From Acidobacteriota bacterium (GTDB lineage Bacteria; Acidobacteriota; Vicinamibacteria; Marinacidobacterales; Marinacidobacteraceae): a stretch of 64,000 bases of DNA. Numbering within the stretch: the first letter of the stretch is position 1; every line of letters begins with the position of its first letter. The stretch lies in NCBI GenBank assembly GCA_022820545.1, contig JAJEFG010000107.1, forward strand, positions 29,579 to 93,578. Reading direction: 5' to 3'. The position numbers were made by a program, and so were the translations under genes. The notes under the pieces were generated by a model that was given only the letters and a program-made list of their open reading frames with translations, had not been told where the DNA came from and did not search any database. Of the stretch, positions 8,968 to 23,550 are shown piece by piece.

Positions 8968-10644
8968 ATGACTGTCCGTTCCGCGTCCATCCCCGTTCCG
9001 CTGCGTCTGCTGCCGTTGTTGCTGGCCGGATTCCTCGCGGCCTGCGGGTCCGAACCGCCCCCGCCGGTCCCCGCCGAACCCGGCGCCCACGCGGACCTCG
9101 TCGCGCTCTTCGAGGAGTGGCGCGAGTTCGAGATGCCCGAGTTCCGAGACGGCGTTCCGGACTACAGCGCCGCGGCGATGGCGCGCCAACAGGCCGAGCT
9201 TCCGGCCTGGCGCGCGCGGCTGGACGGGCTGGCGCCCGAGACCTGGCCGGTTTCCGAGCAGATCGACTGGCACCTGCTGCGCGCCGAGATGAACGGGCTC
9301 GACTTCGACCACCGGGTGCGGCGGCCGTGGGCCCGCGATCCGGGTTTCTACGTGCAGGTCTTCACCGCCCAGAGCGACGTGCCGGCCCACGAAGGGCCGG
9401 TGCTCCACGGGTTCATCGACCTCTGGACCTACGACTACCCCCTCTCCGACGCGGACGCGGCCGAGCTGGCGGCGCGGATCGGAACGGTCCCCGCACTGCT
9501 GGCGCAGGCGAAGGAGAACCTCGCGGCTTCCAACGCCCGGGACCTCTGGCTCGGCGGGTTTCGCTACTTCCGGAACCAGGCCGCCGACCTCGCCGCGTTC
9601 GGCGAGCGGATCGCGGGAACGAGCGCCGATCTGGACGCCGCGGTGGAGGCGGCCCACGCCGCCACCGTGGACTTCCGGGAGTTCCTCGAGGCCGAAGCCG
9701 ACTCGAAGACCGGTCCCTCGGGACTCGGGGCCGACAACTACACCTGGGCGATGCAGCACGTGCACCTGCTGCCGTGGTCGTGGGAGCAGATCCTGACCAT
9801 CATGGAGCGGGAACTGGCCCGCTCCCACTCCTCGATGCGCCTCGAGGAGAACCGGAACCGGGCGCTCCCCGAACTCGAACGGATCGCCTCGGCCGAGGAG
9901 TACGACCGGCGCCTCAACGAGTCCGTGGACCGCTACCTGGAGTTTCTCGTCCGCGAGGAGGTCCAGAGCATCGAGGACTTCATGGATCCGGCGCTCCGGG
10001 CGGTGAACGGGACCTTCCAGCCGCTGGAGAACCCGGACGATCTGCGGAACTTCTTCAGCGAGGTGAACTACCGCGACCCGGACGCCTTCCGCCCGCACAT
10101 GCACCACTGGATCGAGCTGGCGGCCATGCGGGACGCGCCCCACCTGAGCCCCATCCGCGCCGTTCCGTCGCTGTTCAACATCTACGCGTTCCGCTCGGAG
10201 GGCCTCGCCACCGGCGTCGAGGAGATGTTCATGCACCTCGGCCTCCTCGAAGGTTCGCCGCGGTCGCGGGAGCTGACCTGGATCATGCTGGCCCAACGCG
10301 CCGCCCGCGCCATCAGCGGACTCCACCTTCACGGCGGCGGCTTCGACATGGAGGAGGCGGTCGCCTACGCGATGAAGTGGACGCCGCGCGGCTGGCTGAC
10401 CGAGGGCGCCCTGGTACGCGGCGAACAGAGTCTCTACCTGCGTCAGCCCGGCTACGGGACCAGCTACATCATGGGGAAGATCCAGATCGAGCAGCTCCTC
10501 GCCGAGGTGGCGGTGCTGGAGGGCGACGACTTCAGCGTGAAGGACTTCTTCGACCGCTTCTACGCCGCCGGGGTGATTCCGGTCACCCTGGTGCGCTGGG
10601 AGATGACCGGCGAGAAGGACCCGGTGCTGGACCTCCGGCCGTAG
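8968..10644 (+). CDS. Hypothetical lipoprotein (~558 aa; DUF885-like assignment uncertain)
   Basis: The clean ORF has a signal and lipobox LLAGFLAACGS. GGAGG lies 6 nt upstream. There is no HEXXH motif, so a peptidase-MA assignment is not supported. Confidence 0.7.
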   Translation: MTVRSASIPVPLRLLPLLLAGFLAACGSEPPPPVPAEPGAHADLVALFEEWREFEMPEFRDGVPDYSAAAMARQQAELPAWRARLDGLAPETWPVSEQIDWHLLRAEMNGLDFDHRVRRPWARDPGFYVQVFTAQSDVPAHEGPVLHGFIDLWTYDYPLSDADAAELAARIGTVPALLAQAKENLAASNARDLWLGGFRYFRNQAADLAAFGERIAGTSADLDAAVEAAHAATVDFREFLEAEADSKTGPSGLGADNYTWAMQHVHLLPWSWEQILTIMERELARSHSSMRLEENRNRALPELERIASAEEYDRRLNESVDRYLEFLVREEVQSIEDFMDPALRAVNGTFQPLENPDDLRNFFSEVNYRDPDAFRPHMHHWIELAAMRDAPHLSPIRAVPSLFNIYAFRSEGLATGVEEMFMHLGLLEGSPRSRELTWIMLAQRAARAISGLHLHGGGFDMEEAVAYAMKWTPRGWLTEGALVRGEQSLYLRQPGYGTSYIMGKIQIEQLLAEVAVLEGDDFSVKDFFDRFYAAGVIPVTLVRWEMTGEKDPVLDLRP

Positions 10645-10678
10645 AAGCCCCGGCGCCGGGCTGGCATACTCCGCCGCC

Positions 10679-11797
10679 GTGATTGCAAGACCCATCGCCG
10701 GACTGCTCGGCGCCACTCTGCTGTTGTCGGCTCCCTCCGGGGCCGCCTCGGCCGAACCGTTCCGCCTCGGAACCTTCGAACACCGGGGCGAGGCGTTCCT
10801 CGGGATCGTTCTCCGCGACGCCTGGGCGGTGGACCTCTCCGGAGCGAACGCCTCGCTCGAGCGGCACAACCGGATGTGGGTCAGCCTCCCCATGCCGGAG
10901 GACATGAAGGAACTCGCCGGGCGCTGGCATCTCGGCATGCGCGACCGGGTCCACGCCATCGTGGACCAGGTGGTCCCGCTGCTCGACCGCTCCGCGGACG
11001 AACGTCCGGTGTGGATCCACGAGCTCGAGGGGCTCCACGTCTTCCCGCCGGTACGCCCGGGGATCATCCTGGCCACCGCCCTCAACTACCCGGCGCACGG
11101 GGTGGAGATGACCACCGGCGCGCCGGCGGCCATGTCGGACGCCTCGGCGCTCGACGACCAGCAGGTCTCGATGGACCACTTCTGGGAGCGGGAGCCGGGC
11201 GACCGCCGCCAGAACCCGTACCTCTTCATGAAGCCCGGGAGCATCGCCATCGGCCACGGCGAGCCGATCCTGATGAAGCCCGAGCGGGAGATGGTGGACT
11301 GGGAGTGCGAACTCGCGGTGGTGATCGGCCGGCCCGCGAGCGACGTCGAGGCGGAGGACGCCGGCGCCCACGTCTTCGGCTACACGATGATGAACGACGT
11401 CGGCGACCGGGAGGGCCGGGGGGACGACCGCTACGGGTCGGACTGGCTGGTGTGGAAGTCCACCGAGACCTTTGCCCCGCTCGGCCCCTTCATCACCCCG
11501 GCGGAGTTCGTGGCCGACCCGCACGACCTGGACATCCGTTTCACCCTGTCGGGCGAGATCATGCAGGACGCCAACACCGGCATCATGGAGCACAAGATCC
11601 CCGAACTCATCCAGTTCGCCTCCCACAACCTGATCCTGCGGCCGGGCGACGTGATCGCCACCGGAACCCCGGACGGCGTGGGCTACGCCCGCATCCCGCC
11701 CATCTTCATGAAACCCGGCGACACCGCCGCCTGCTGGGCCGAGGGGATCGGAACGCTCGTGAACCCGGTGCGCGCGTGGGCGGACGCCATTCGCTGA
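10679..11797 (+). CDS. Fumarylacetoacetate hydrolase (FAH) family protein with N-terminal Sec signal peptide
   Basis: GTG start. MIARPIAGLLGATLLLSAPSGAASA is a signal peptide. FAH motifs are present: VIATGTPDGVG, and the C-terminal 220 aa are typical of HpaG/MhpD-like hydratases. Confidence 0.75.
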   Translation: MIARPIAGLLGATLLLSAPSGAASAEPFRLGTFEHRGEAFLGIVLRDAWAVDLSGANASLERHNRMWVSLPMPEDMKELAGRWHLGMRDRVHAIVDQVVPLLDRSADERPVWIHELEGLHVFPPVRPGIILATALNYPAHGVEMTTGAPAAMSDASALDDQQVSMDHFWEREPGDRRQNPYLFMKPGSIAIGHGEPILMKPEREMVDWECELAVVIGRPASDVEAEDAGAHVFGYTMMNDVGDREGRGDDRYGSDWLVWKSTETFAPLGPFITPAEFVADPHDLDIRFTLSGEIMQDANTGIMEHKIPELIQFASHNLILRPGDVIATGTPDGVGYARIPPIFMKPGDTAACWAEGIGTLVNPVRAWADAIR

Positions 11798-11813
11798 CCC
11801 AGGCAGAGCGCCC

Positions 11814-12947
11814 GTGATCCAGGACCCCTTCGGCGTCTTCCTGGCGCTCGCCGGGGCGGTCTTCCTGGCGGTCTGGCTCGAGGGGCGCTACCGCTTCTTC
11901 CGCGCCATGAGCGCGGGCCTCATGTGCCTCGTGTTCGGGATGATCCTGTCGAACTCCGGGCTCCTGCCCGGGGACGCGGAGGCCTACTACCAGCTCGGCA
12001 ACATCTGGGTGAACGCCGCGATCGTGCTGGTGCTCCTCAATGTGGACCTTCGCACCCTCCTGGCCGCGGGGAAGCCCATGCTGGGGGCGTTCGGCATCGG
12101 CGCCGCCGGCACCATGCTGGGGACGGCGGTCGCCACGTTCCTGCTCGCCGGCGCCATCGGCCCCGAGACCTGGAAGCTCACCGGGCAGTTCACCGGGACC
12201 TACATCGGCGGCGGGGCGAACTTCTACGCGCTCGCCAGCGCCTTCGGGACCGATCCGAGCATCATGTCCGGGGCGGTCGCGGCCGACGTGATCGTCACCG
12301 CCTGCTGGCTCGCGACCTGCCTCGTCATCCCGGCGCTCCTCTACGGCGGGAAGGGGCTCGACCCGGTCCGGAAGGGCGATGCCCCGATGACGCTCGAGCA
12401 GCGGCTCAAGGAGAGCGGCGAGAGCCTGCGGATGATGGACTTCTTCGGGCTCTCCGCGATCACGCTCGGGGCGATGGTGGCGGCGCAGTTCCTGGGGGCC
12501 GCGGTCCCGGCGGTCCCGGCGGTGCTCTGGCTGACCAGCATCGCGCTCGTGCTCGGCCACACGCCGCCGGTCCGCAAGCTCCGGGGCGCCCCGGTCCTCG
12601 GCAACTCGCTGCTCTACCTGTTCCTCGCCGGGAACGGCGCCCAGTCGCTGGTCTCGGAGATGCTGGCCTACGGGCCGTCGCTGTTCTTCTACGCGCTGAT
12701 CACGGTGGGGATCCACGGGCTCGTGATCTTCGGCATCGGCCGGCTGCTCCGGTTCGATGCGGGGACGCTGGTGGTGGCGTCGCAGGCCAACATCGGCGGC
12801 GCCGCCTCGGCGGTGGCCATCGCCACCGCGCGCGGCTACGGGGACAAGCTGCTGCCGGGGATCGCGGTGGCGCTCGGCGGCTACGCGTTCGGGAACTACC
12901 TCGGGTTCGGGATGGGGACCCTGGCGCGGACGCTGCTCGGGGGATGA
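11814..12947 (+). CDS. DUF819-family polytopic membrane protein, paralog 1
   Basis: GTG start, (M)IQDPFGVFLALAGAVFLAVWLE. 377 aa, hydrophobic throughout. Confidence 0.65.
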   Translation: MIQDPFGVFLALAGAVFLAVWLEGRYRFFRAMSAGLMCLVFGMILSNSGLLPGDAEAYYQLGNIWVNAAIVLVLLNVDLRTLLAAGKPMLGAFGIGAAGTMLGTAVATFLLAGAIGPETWKLTGQFTGTYIGGGANFYALASAFGTDPSIMSGAVAADVIVTACWLATCLVIPALLYGGKGLDPVRKGDAPMTLEQRLKESGESLRMMDFFGLSAITLGAMVAAQFLGAAVPAVPAVLWLTSIALVLGHTPPVRKLRGAPVLGNSLLYLFLAGNGAQSLVSEMLAYGPSLFFYALITVGIHGLVIFGIGRLLRFDAGTLVVASQANIGGAASAVAIATARGYGDKLLPGIAVALGGYAFGNYLGFGMGTLARTLLGG

Positions 12948-12960
12948 GAAAGGGCTCTCA

Positions 12961-14094
12961 TTGATCCAGGACCCCTTCGGGATCTTCCTGGCGCTCGCCG
13001 CGTCGGTGTTCCTCGCCGTCTGGCTGGAGCGCAACTACCGCTTCTTCCGGTCGCTGAGCGCGGGGCTGCTGTGCCTCGTGTTCGGAATGGTGCTCTCGAA
13101 TACCGGGATCCTGGTAGGCGAGGCGGAGAGTTACGAGCAGATCTCGAACATCTGGATCAACGCCGCGATCGTGCTCGTGCTCCTGAACGTGGACCTGCGG
13201 GCGGTCCGGAAAGCCGGGAAGGCGATGCTCACCGCGTTCGGGCTCGGGGCGGTCGGAACCATGCTGGGGACCTTCCTCGCGACGGTCCTGCTGGCCGATG
13301 CGCTGGGTCCGGAGGCGTGGAAGCTCACCGGCCAGTTCACCGGGACCTACATCGGGGGCAGCGCCAACTTCTACGCCCTCGCCGCGGCCTTCGACACGGA
13401 TCCGAACCTCATGTCGGGGGCGCTCGCCGCCGACGTGATCGTGACCAGCATCTGGCTCGCCGCCTGTATCGCGATTCCGGCGCTGCTGCGGGGAGGGAGA
13501 GATCTCGATCCGCCCGGCCCGCGCGACGGGCCCCTGACGCTCGAACAGCGGCTCAACGAGAGCGGCGAGAGCGTGCGGATGCTCGATTTCTTCGGGCTGG
13601 TGGCGATCACGCTCGGAACCATGGTCGCGTCGCGCCTGATCGGGGCGGCGTGGCCGGTCATCCCGTCGGTTCTCTGGCTGACGACGATCACGCTCGTCCT
13701 CGGCCACCTCGGCCCGGTGCGGAAGCTCCGGGGGGCGCCGGTGCTCGGGAACTCGCTCCTCTACCTGTTCCTCGCCGCGAACGGGGCCCGGTCCCTGGTC
13801 TCCGAGATGTTCGCCGCCGGAGCGGTGCTGTTCTGGTTCGCGGCCCTCATCGTCGCCGTTCACGGACTCGTGATCTTCGGGGTGGGACGGCTGCTCCGGA
13901 TCGAGGCCGGGACCCTCTCGGTGGCGTCCCAGGCGAACATCGGCGGCGCCGCCTCGGAGGTGGCGATCGCCTCCGCCCGCGGCTATGCGGTCCAGATGCT
14001 CCCGGGCATCGCGGTGGCGCTCGCCGGCTACGCGGTCGGGAACTACTTCGGGTTCGGGATGGGGGTGCTCGCGCGGTCGCTGCTCGGGGGGTGA
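12961..14094 (+). CDS. DUF819-family polytopic membrane protein, paralog 2
   Basis: TTG start, in frame within ORF 12757..14094, with (M)IQDPFGIFLALAASVFLAVWLE. About 70% identical to paralog 1 over the full length. GAAAGGG lies 7 nt upstream. Confidence 0.65.
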   Translation: MIQDPFGIFLALAASVFLAVWLERNYRFFRSLSAGLLCLVFGMVLSNTGILVGEAESYEQISNIWINAAIVLVLLNVDLRAVRKAGKAMLTAFGLGAVGTMLGTFLATVLLADALGPEAWKLTGQFTGTYIGGSANFYALAAAFDTDPNLMSGALAADVIVTSIWLAACIAIPALLRGGRDLDPPGPRDGPLTLEQRLNESGESVRMLDFFGLVAITLGTMVASRLIGAAWPVIPSVLWLTTITLVLGHLGPVRKLRGAPVLGNSLLYLFLAANGARSLVSEMFAAGAVLFWFAALIVAVHGLVIFGVGRLLRIEAGTLSVASQANIGGAASEVAIASARGYAVQMLPGIAVALAGYAVGNYFGFGMGVLARSLLGG

Positions 14095-14138
14095 GCGACC
14101 GGCCCTGACTCCCTCACGGACGGAGACCCGCCCTGACT

Positions 14139-14429
14139 CTAAGTGGATGGAGTCGCGGCACTTGCGTCGGAACGGGAGTCATTGAGCCGGGGCCAGGGGA
14201 CCTGGAAAGTCGTCACTTCCGGAATCGGAAGCAATCCGGCCTCTCGCAACACTTCTTCCACCGTTCCCATTTCCTGACACGTTTCCAGGAACAGTTCCAC
14301 TGCTTCCCGCAGGTTCTTTTCCGCTTCGTCCCTCGTTGCGCCCTGGGAGGTCACGTCCAGATCAGGACACCAGCCGATCCACTGATTCCGTTCCCGTTGG
14401 AGATTCGCCCTCAGGGTGATCGCCGCCAT
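14139..14429 (-). CDS. HicB-like (UPF0150/HicB N-terminal domain) protein, no HicA partner found
   Basis: ORF 14139..14477(-); the likely start is the internal Met MAAITLRANLQRERNQWIGWCPDLDVTSQGATRDEAEKNLREAVELFLE, which gives the HicB N-domain pattern. Confidence 0.5.
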   Translation of the reverse strand: MAAITLRANLQRERNQWIGWCPDLDVTSQGATRDEAEKNLREAVELFLETCQEMGTVEEVLREAGLLPIPEVTTFQVPWPRLNDSRSDASAATPST

Positions 14430-14562
14430 GTCTCTCAGACGGTGCGGGCCTAGCCTAGTGCACGGATCACGTCGCAACGTCCCGCACGCCGGCCTTGCTG
14501 CCCCAACGGCGCCTGGCGCCGCGTCGGTCGTCCGAGTCAGCGTTGGAGATTCTCATGTCTGA

Positions 14563-15246
14563 TCAACGCCGGGGCCGCCGGCCCACGGCAACCACCATCG
14601 GGCCTTCGGTCCACGCCAGTTCCGCCTCGAAACCGGCGGCGCCCATCGCAGCGGCTTCCATCTCCTGCGGGAAATAGGTGTCCTCTTCCTGCCATTCGGC
14701 GAAGTGCCGGTAGGCGCGCTCCTCCGGAATGCCGCACGACATCAGGTGGGCGGCCCAGGCACGCCACACGGGCTCCCGGGCGCTGGGCTCCGCCGGCATC
14801 GTCGCGTCGGCGTTCACGAAGACGCCGCCCGGACGGAGACAGTCGTGGATCCGGGCGAAGAGCCGCCGCTTTTCGCCCATCGTCGGGACGTGGTGGAGCG
14901 CGAGCGAAGCGGCGACCGCGTCGGCCTCCGGGAGGGGATCGTCGAAGGACGCCTCGCGGAAGCGCGTCCGGCGCCCGTACCCGTCGAGGCGTTCCCGCGC
15001 CACCGCGAGCATGTCGGGGTCCACGTCGATCAACTCGACCGTCGCGCCCGGCGCCGCACGCAGGATGGCTTCGGCAAGGGCGCCGGTGCCGCCGCCGAGG
15101 TCCAGCACGTGTTCCGGCGCCACCCGCGCGATCTCGGCGGCGGCCGCTTCGAGCATCGCCTCGTAGCCGGGGATGAAGCGCCGGATCGCCTCGTCGTAGG
15201 CCTCGACCTCGACGCGCAGGTGACGTCTGACGGAGTGACGGGACAT
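14563..15246 (-). CDS. Class I SAM-dependent methyltransferase
   Basis: This is the C-terminal 227 aa of ORF 14563..15606(-), starting MSRHSVRRHL. The SAM motif is VLDLGGGTGALAEAI, with an acidic loop ELIDVD. Confidence 0.7.
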   Translation of the reverse strand: MSRHSVRRHLRVEVEAYDEAIRRFIPGYEAMLEAAAAEIARVAPEHVLDLGGGTGALAEAILRAAPGATVELIDVDPDMLAVARERLDGYGRRTRFREASFDDPLPEADAVAASLALHHVPTMGEKRRLFARIHDCLRPGGVFVNADATMPAEPSAREPVWRAWAAHLMSCGIPEERAYRHFAEWQEEDTYFPQEMEAAAMGAAGFEAELAWTEGPMVVAVGRRPRR

Positions 15247-15448
15247 GCCGGGCGATTCTCGCAGCAGCGTCCGCGAGGAGGCCGTACCCGCGGCGATCAG
15301 CGGCAATCGGTTTCGCGGCCCTCCCGGGCGGCGGCGCCGGTCTGAAAGCCCCCACCGGGAGACACCGTCATGTTCGGTGCACCAGCACGCCCCGCCGCTC
15401 ATGAAGGTGCGCGGCGGGACGCTGAGCCTTCGGTGGCAGGGACGGTTT

Positions 15449-15474
15449 GGAACGCCGGCTTCAGCCGGCACAGC
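15449..15474 (+). repeat. REP-like element family B copy (GGAACGCCGGCTTCAGCCGGCACAGC), left arm of inverted pair
   Basis: It contains the GCCGGC-TTCA-GCCGGC hairpin and is followed by the palindrome GCCCGCC-GCA-GGCGGGC (15472-15488). Confidence 0.7.
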
Positions 15475-15578
15475 CCGCCGCAGGCGGGCGGCGAGACGGA
15501 CCTCATTCGCCGGGATGGCTCGACCGTGTGCGCCAATGCACCCGGGTAGCGACGGAACCGCCCGCGGCCCTGCGGGCC

Positions 15579-15604
15579 GCTGTGCCGGCTGAAGCCGGCG
15601 TTCC
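15579..15604 (-). repeat. REP-like element family B copy, right arm (exact reverse complement of 15449-15474)
   Basis: GCTGTGCCGGCTGAAGCCGGCGTTCC is a perfect 26-bp inverted copy. It is preceded by the hairpin GCCCGC-GGCCCT-GCGGGC. Confidence 0.7.
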
Positions 15605-15648
15605 AAGCCAGCGGCGTCCTCACGGCTGTTGGCCCGCCGGCGCTTCCC

Positions 15649-21530
<5,882 letters not shown>

Positions 21531-21691
21531 AGCTGGTTCATTGCTGTGGTCGCCCCGACACCGTCTAGCATCGAAAGATGGTGGCTTGGCAGTCTCGCTG
21601 TTGGAACGGGCTCACCACTCTCGTTGCCCGCATAGTGAACTGCCGGCCATTCGTGTGTGTCACCGCGTACTTTGCCAAAGGAGCACAATCC

Positions 21692-22177
21692 TTGACCGAT
21701 TCGACCGAAAGACATTCTGGACGTTCCAGCTATCGGGAACTACTGATTGAGAAGCGATTCCTCAGCGATCTGCTCGCCGAGTTGTGGCCCGAAGAGGTTG
21801 AAGTGCTCCGGCCCGACGTGGACATTGCGGGATACGACCTCGTGCTAGAGGCCCGCGGGTCTATGCGTCATCTCCAACTCAAGTCGGCGCTCCGATCCGT
21901 ACGCAAAAACAATCGCAGCGTGAGGGGAAGACTCGCCCAAAAGCCTGCGGGCTGTGTCCTCTGTATCGTGATAGACGACAAGCTGGAGCCGAAGAGATAC
22001 CGATGGTTTGGCAACGGTCCGGGAGAGAGGCTGAACTTGCGCGGGTTCGACAAGGCGTGCGATCCCAAGACCAAAAAGGAGAGGCTGGACACCTACACCG
22101 TGCCTCCTGAGGAATTTGTCGAACTGGAAGGGATCAAGGACGTGATCGAGAAACTGTTTGGACCGAAAACGGCGTAG
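21692..22177 (+). CDS. Small PD-(D/E)xK-type (Hjc/YraN-like) putative nuclease, low-GC horizontally acquired gene
   Basis: This is an in-frame TTG start within ORF 21578..22177, with AAGGAG 8 nt upstream. A putative catalytic core E..(16 aa)..DIAGYD..(9 aa)..LQLK is present. The gene is ~55% GC and K-rich in a ~70% GC background. Confidence 0.45.
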   Translation: MTDSTERHSGRSSYRELLIEKRFLSDLLAELWPEEVEVLRPDVDIAGYDLVLEARGSMRHLQLKSALRSVRKNNRSVRGRLAQKPAGCVLCIVIDDKLEPKRYRWFGNGPGERLNLRGFDKACDPKTKKERLDTYTVPPEEFVELEGIKDVIEKLFGPKTA

Positions 22178-22287
22178 CCTTGCCTGCACCCGAGGGGCGA
22201 CAAAGGGCCTTTCAGAACCACGAAGAGCTACTTGGCGTTCAACGCTCGCCGGTCGGATCCATCGGGCGCCTGGTTGGCAGCTCGCAG

Positions 22288-23412
22288 CTACTCCGTCTTC
22301 CAAAAGGCGATGCCCGAGGCCTGCTTGCCGACTTCGACGACCGCTTCGCGCTCCAGGGATTCCAGGTTGTAGAGCTCGACCCGCCCGGGTTCGCCGCCGA
22401 TCTCCTCGACGGTGACGATGGCGAAGCGGCTGTCCGGGGTGATCACCACCCCGTGGGTGATGCGCGCCGAGGCCGGCACCGAGGCCCGCTCGGTCCCGCT
22501 CTCGAGATTCCAGAAGCCGACCGAGTCATTCGTCTTTTCGGTGACGACCAGATGCCTGCCGTCCGCCGAGACGTCGATGTTGTAGGGCCCCCGGCGGGTG
22601 TGGAACCGGCGCCGGGGCTCCCACGCTTCGAGATCCACTTCGAGGACCTGGTTCAGCCCCTGCAGCGCGACGTAGGCGTGCCTGCCGTCGGGGGCGGGCT
22701 GGACCCAGGTCGGGCTCGCGGCGGGCCCGCCGCCCATCGCGTGTCCCGCGTGGGGATCGCCGTCCACGACCGCCGTCGTGGTCTCGTTGTCGCCGGTGAG
22801 GCGCATCCGCCGGCTGGGCTGGAAGGTCATGGTGTCGATCTCGAACAGCTCGGCGCTCATCATGGCCACCGAGTAGGCGAGCATCCCGTCGGCGCTCAGC
22901 CGCGAGCCGTGCGGCATGACGCCCTGCTCGATCTGGGCGATCTCGGTCATCGAAACGGTGTCGATCACCGAGACGTTCGAGGGGACGTGGTCCCCGTGCA
23001 GGTTGAAGTTCACGACGAACAGGAACCCGGTCGCCGGGCTGATGTCCATGGTGGCGGGGAAGAGGCCGGCGGTGGTGTCCCCCACTTCGAGGTCGGTACC
23101 GGTCTCGAACTTGTGGACGGTGCCGTAGGGCATGCCGTGGGCGATCGAGACGTACCAGTGCCGGCCGTCCGGAGACACCTGGATGCCGTGCGGCCCCTCG
23201 ATCTCGTTCGGGAGGATCCCCACGGGAATCCGCCGGAGCAGCTCGCCGCCGTCCGGCCCGAAGCGGACGAGGTCCACGGTGTCGTCGGACTCGGCCGCGA
23301 CGTATACGAAGTAGCTCTGTTCGGCGCTCGTCTGGGCGCCGGCTGCGGCGGCCGCGCAGAGGGCTGCGCCAAGGGCGGCGGCGAGCCGGCGGGGCGGGGC
23401 GTCAGTTCTCAT
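22288..23412 (-). CDS. YVTN-family beta-propeller repeat protein, secreted
   Basis: ORF 22288..23445(-) trimmed to MRTDAPPRRLAAALGAALCAAAAAGAQ (signal peptide). It carries repeated ..DG..LYV.N..S..VSVID motifs. Confidence 0.65.
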   Translation of the reverse strand: MRTDAPPRRLAAALGAALCAAAAAGAQTSAEQSYFVYVAAESDDTVDLVRFGPDGGELLRRIPVGILPNEIEGPHGIQVSPDGRHWYVSIAHGMPYGTVHKFETGTDLEVGDTTAGLFPATMDISPATGFLFVVNFNLHGDHVPSNVSVIDTVSMTEIAQIEQGVMPHGSRLSADGMLAYSVAMMSAELFEIDTMTFQPSRRMRLTGDNETTTAVVDGDPHAGHAMGGGPAASPTWVQPAPDGRHAYVALQGLNQVLEVDLEAWEPRRRFHTRRGPYNIDVSADGRHLVVTEKTNDSVGFWNLESGTERASVPASARITHGVVITPDSRFAIVTVEEIGGEPGRVELYNLESLEREAVVEVGKQASGIAFWKTE

Positions 23413-23550
23413 GGATGCGTCTTCTCCACCGCTGGAGACGCCCAATGGTACCGGCCGCGCGGAGAACGGCGGCTGTCAGACCGGCCCGATCGCGCATCCG
23501 GCCGGGAACATCGGCCAGTCCTCCCGGCACCGTGAGAATCTCACCAGCTT

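Noticed and set aside
7696-11085. Upstream 1130 codons of the 1444-aa minus-strand ORF 6751..11085
   Set aside because: A long stop-free antisense frame across four + strand genes, typical of 70% GC DNA. Only the C-terminal 314 aa (the YgfZ-like protein) have protein-like features and an RBS.
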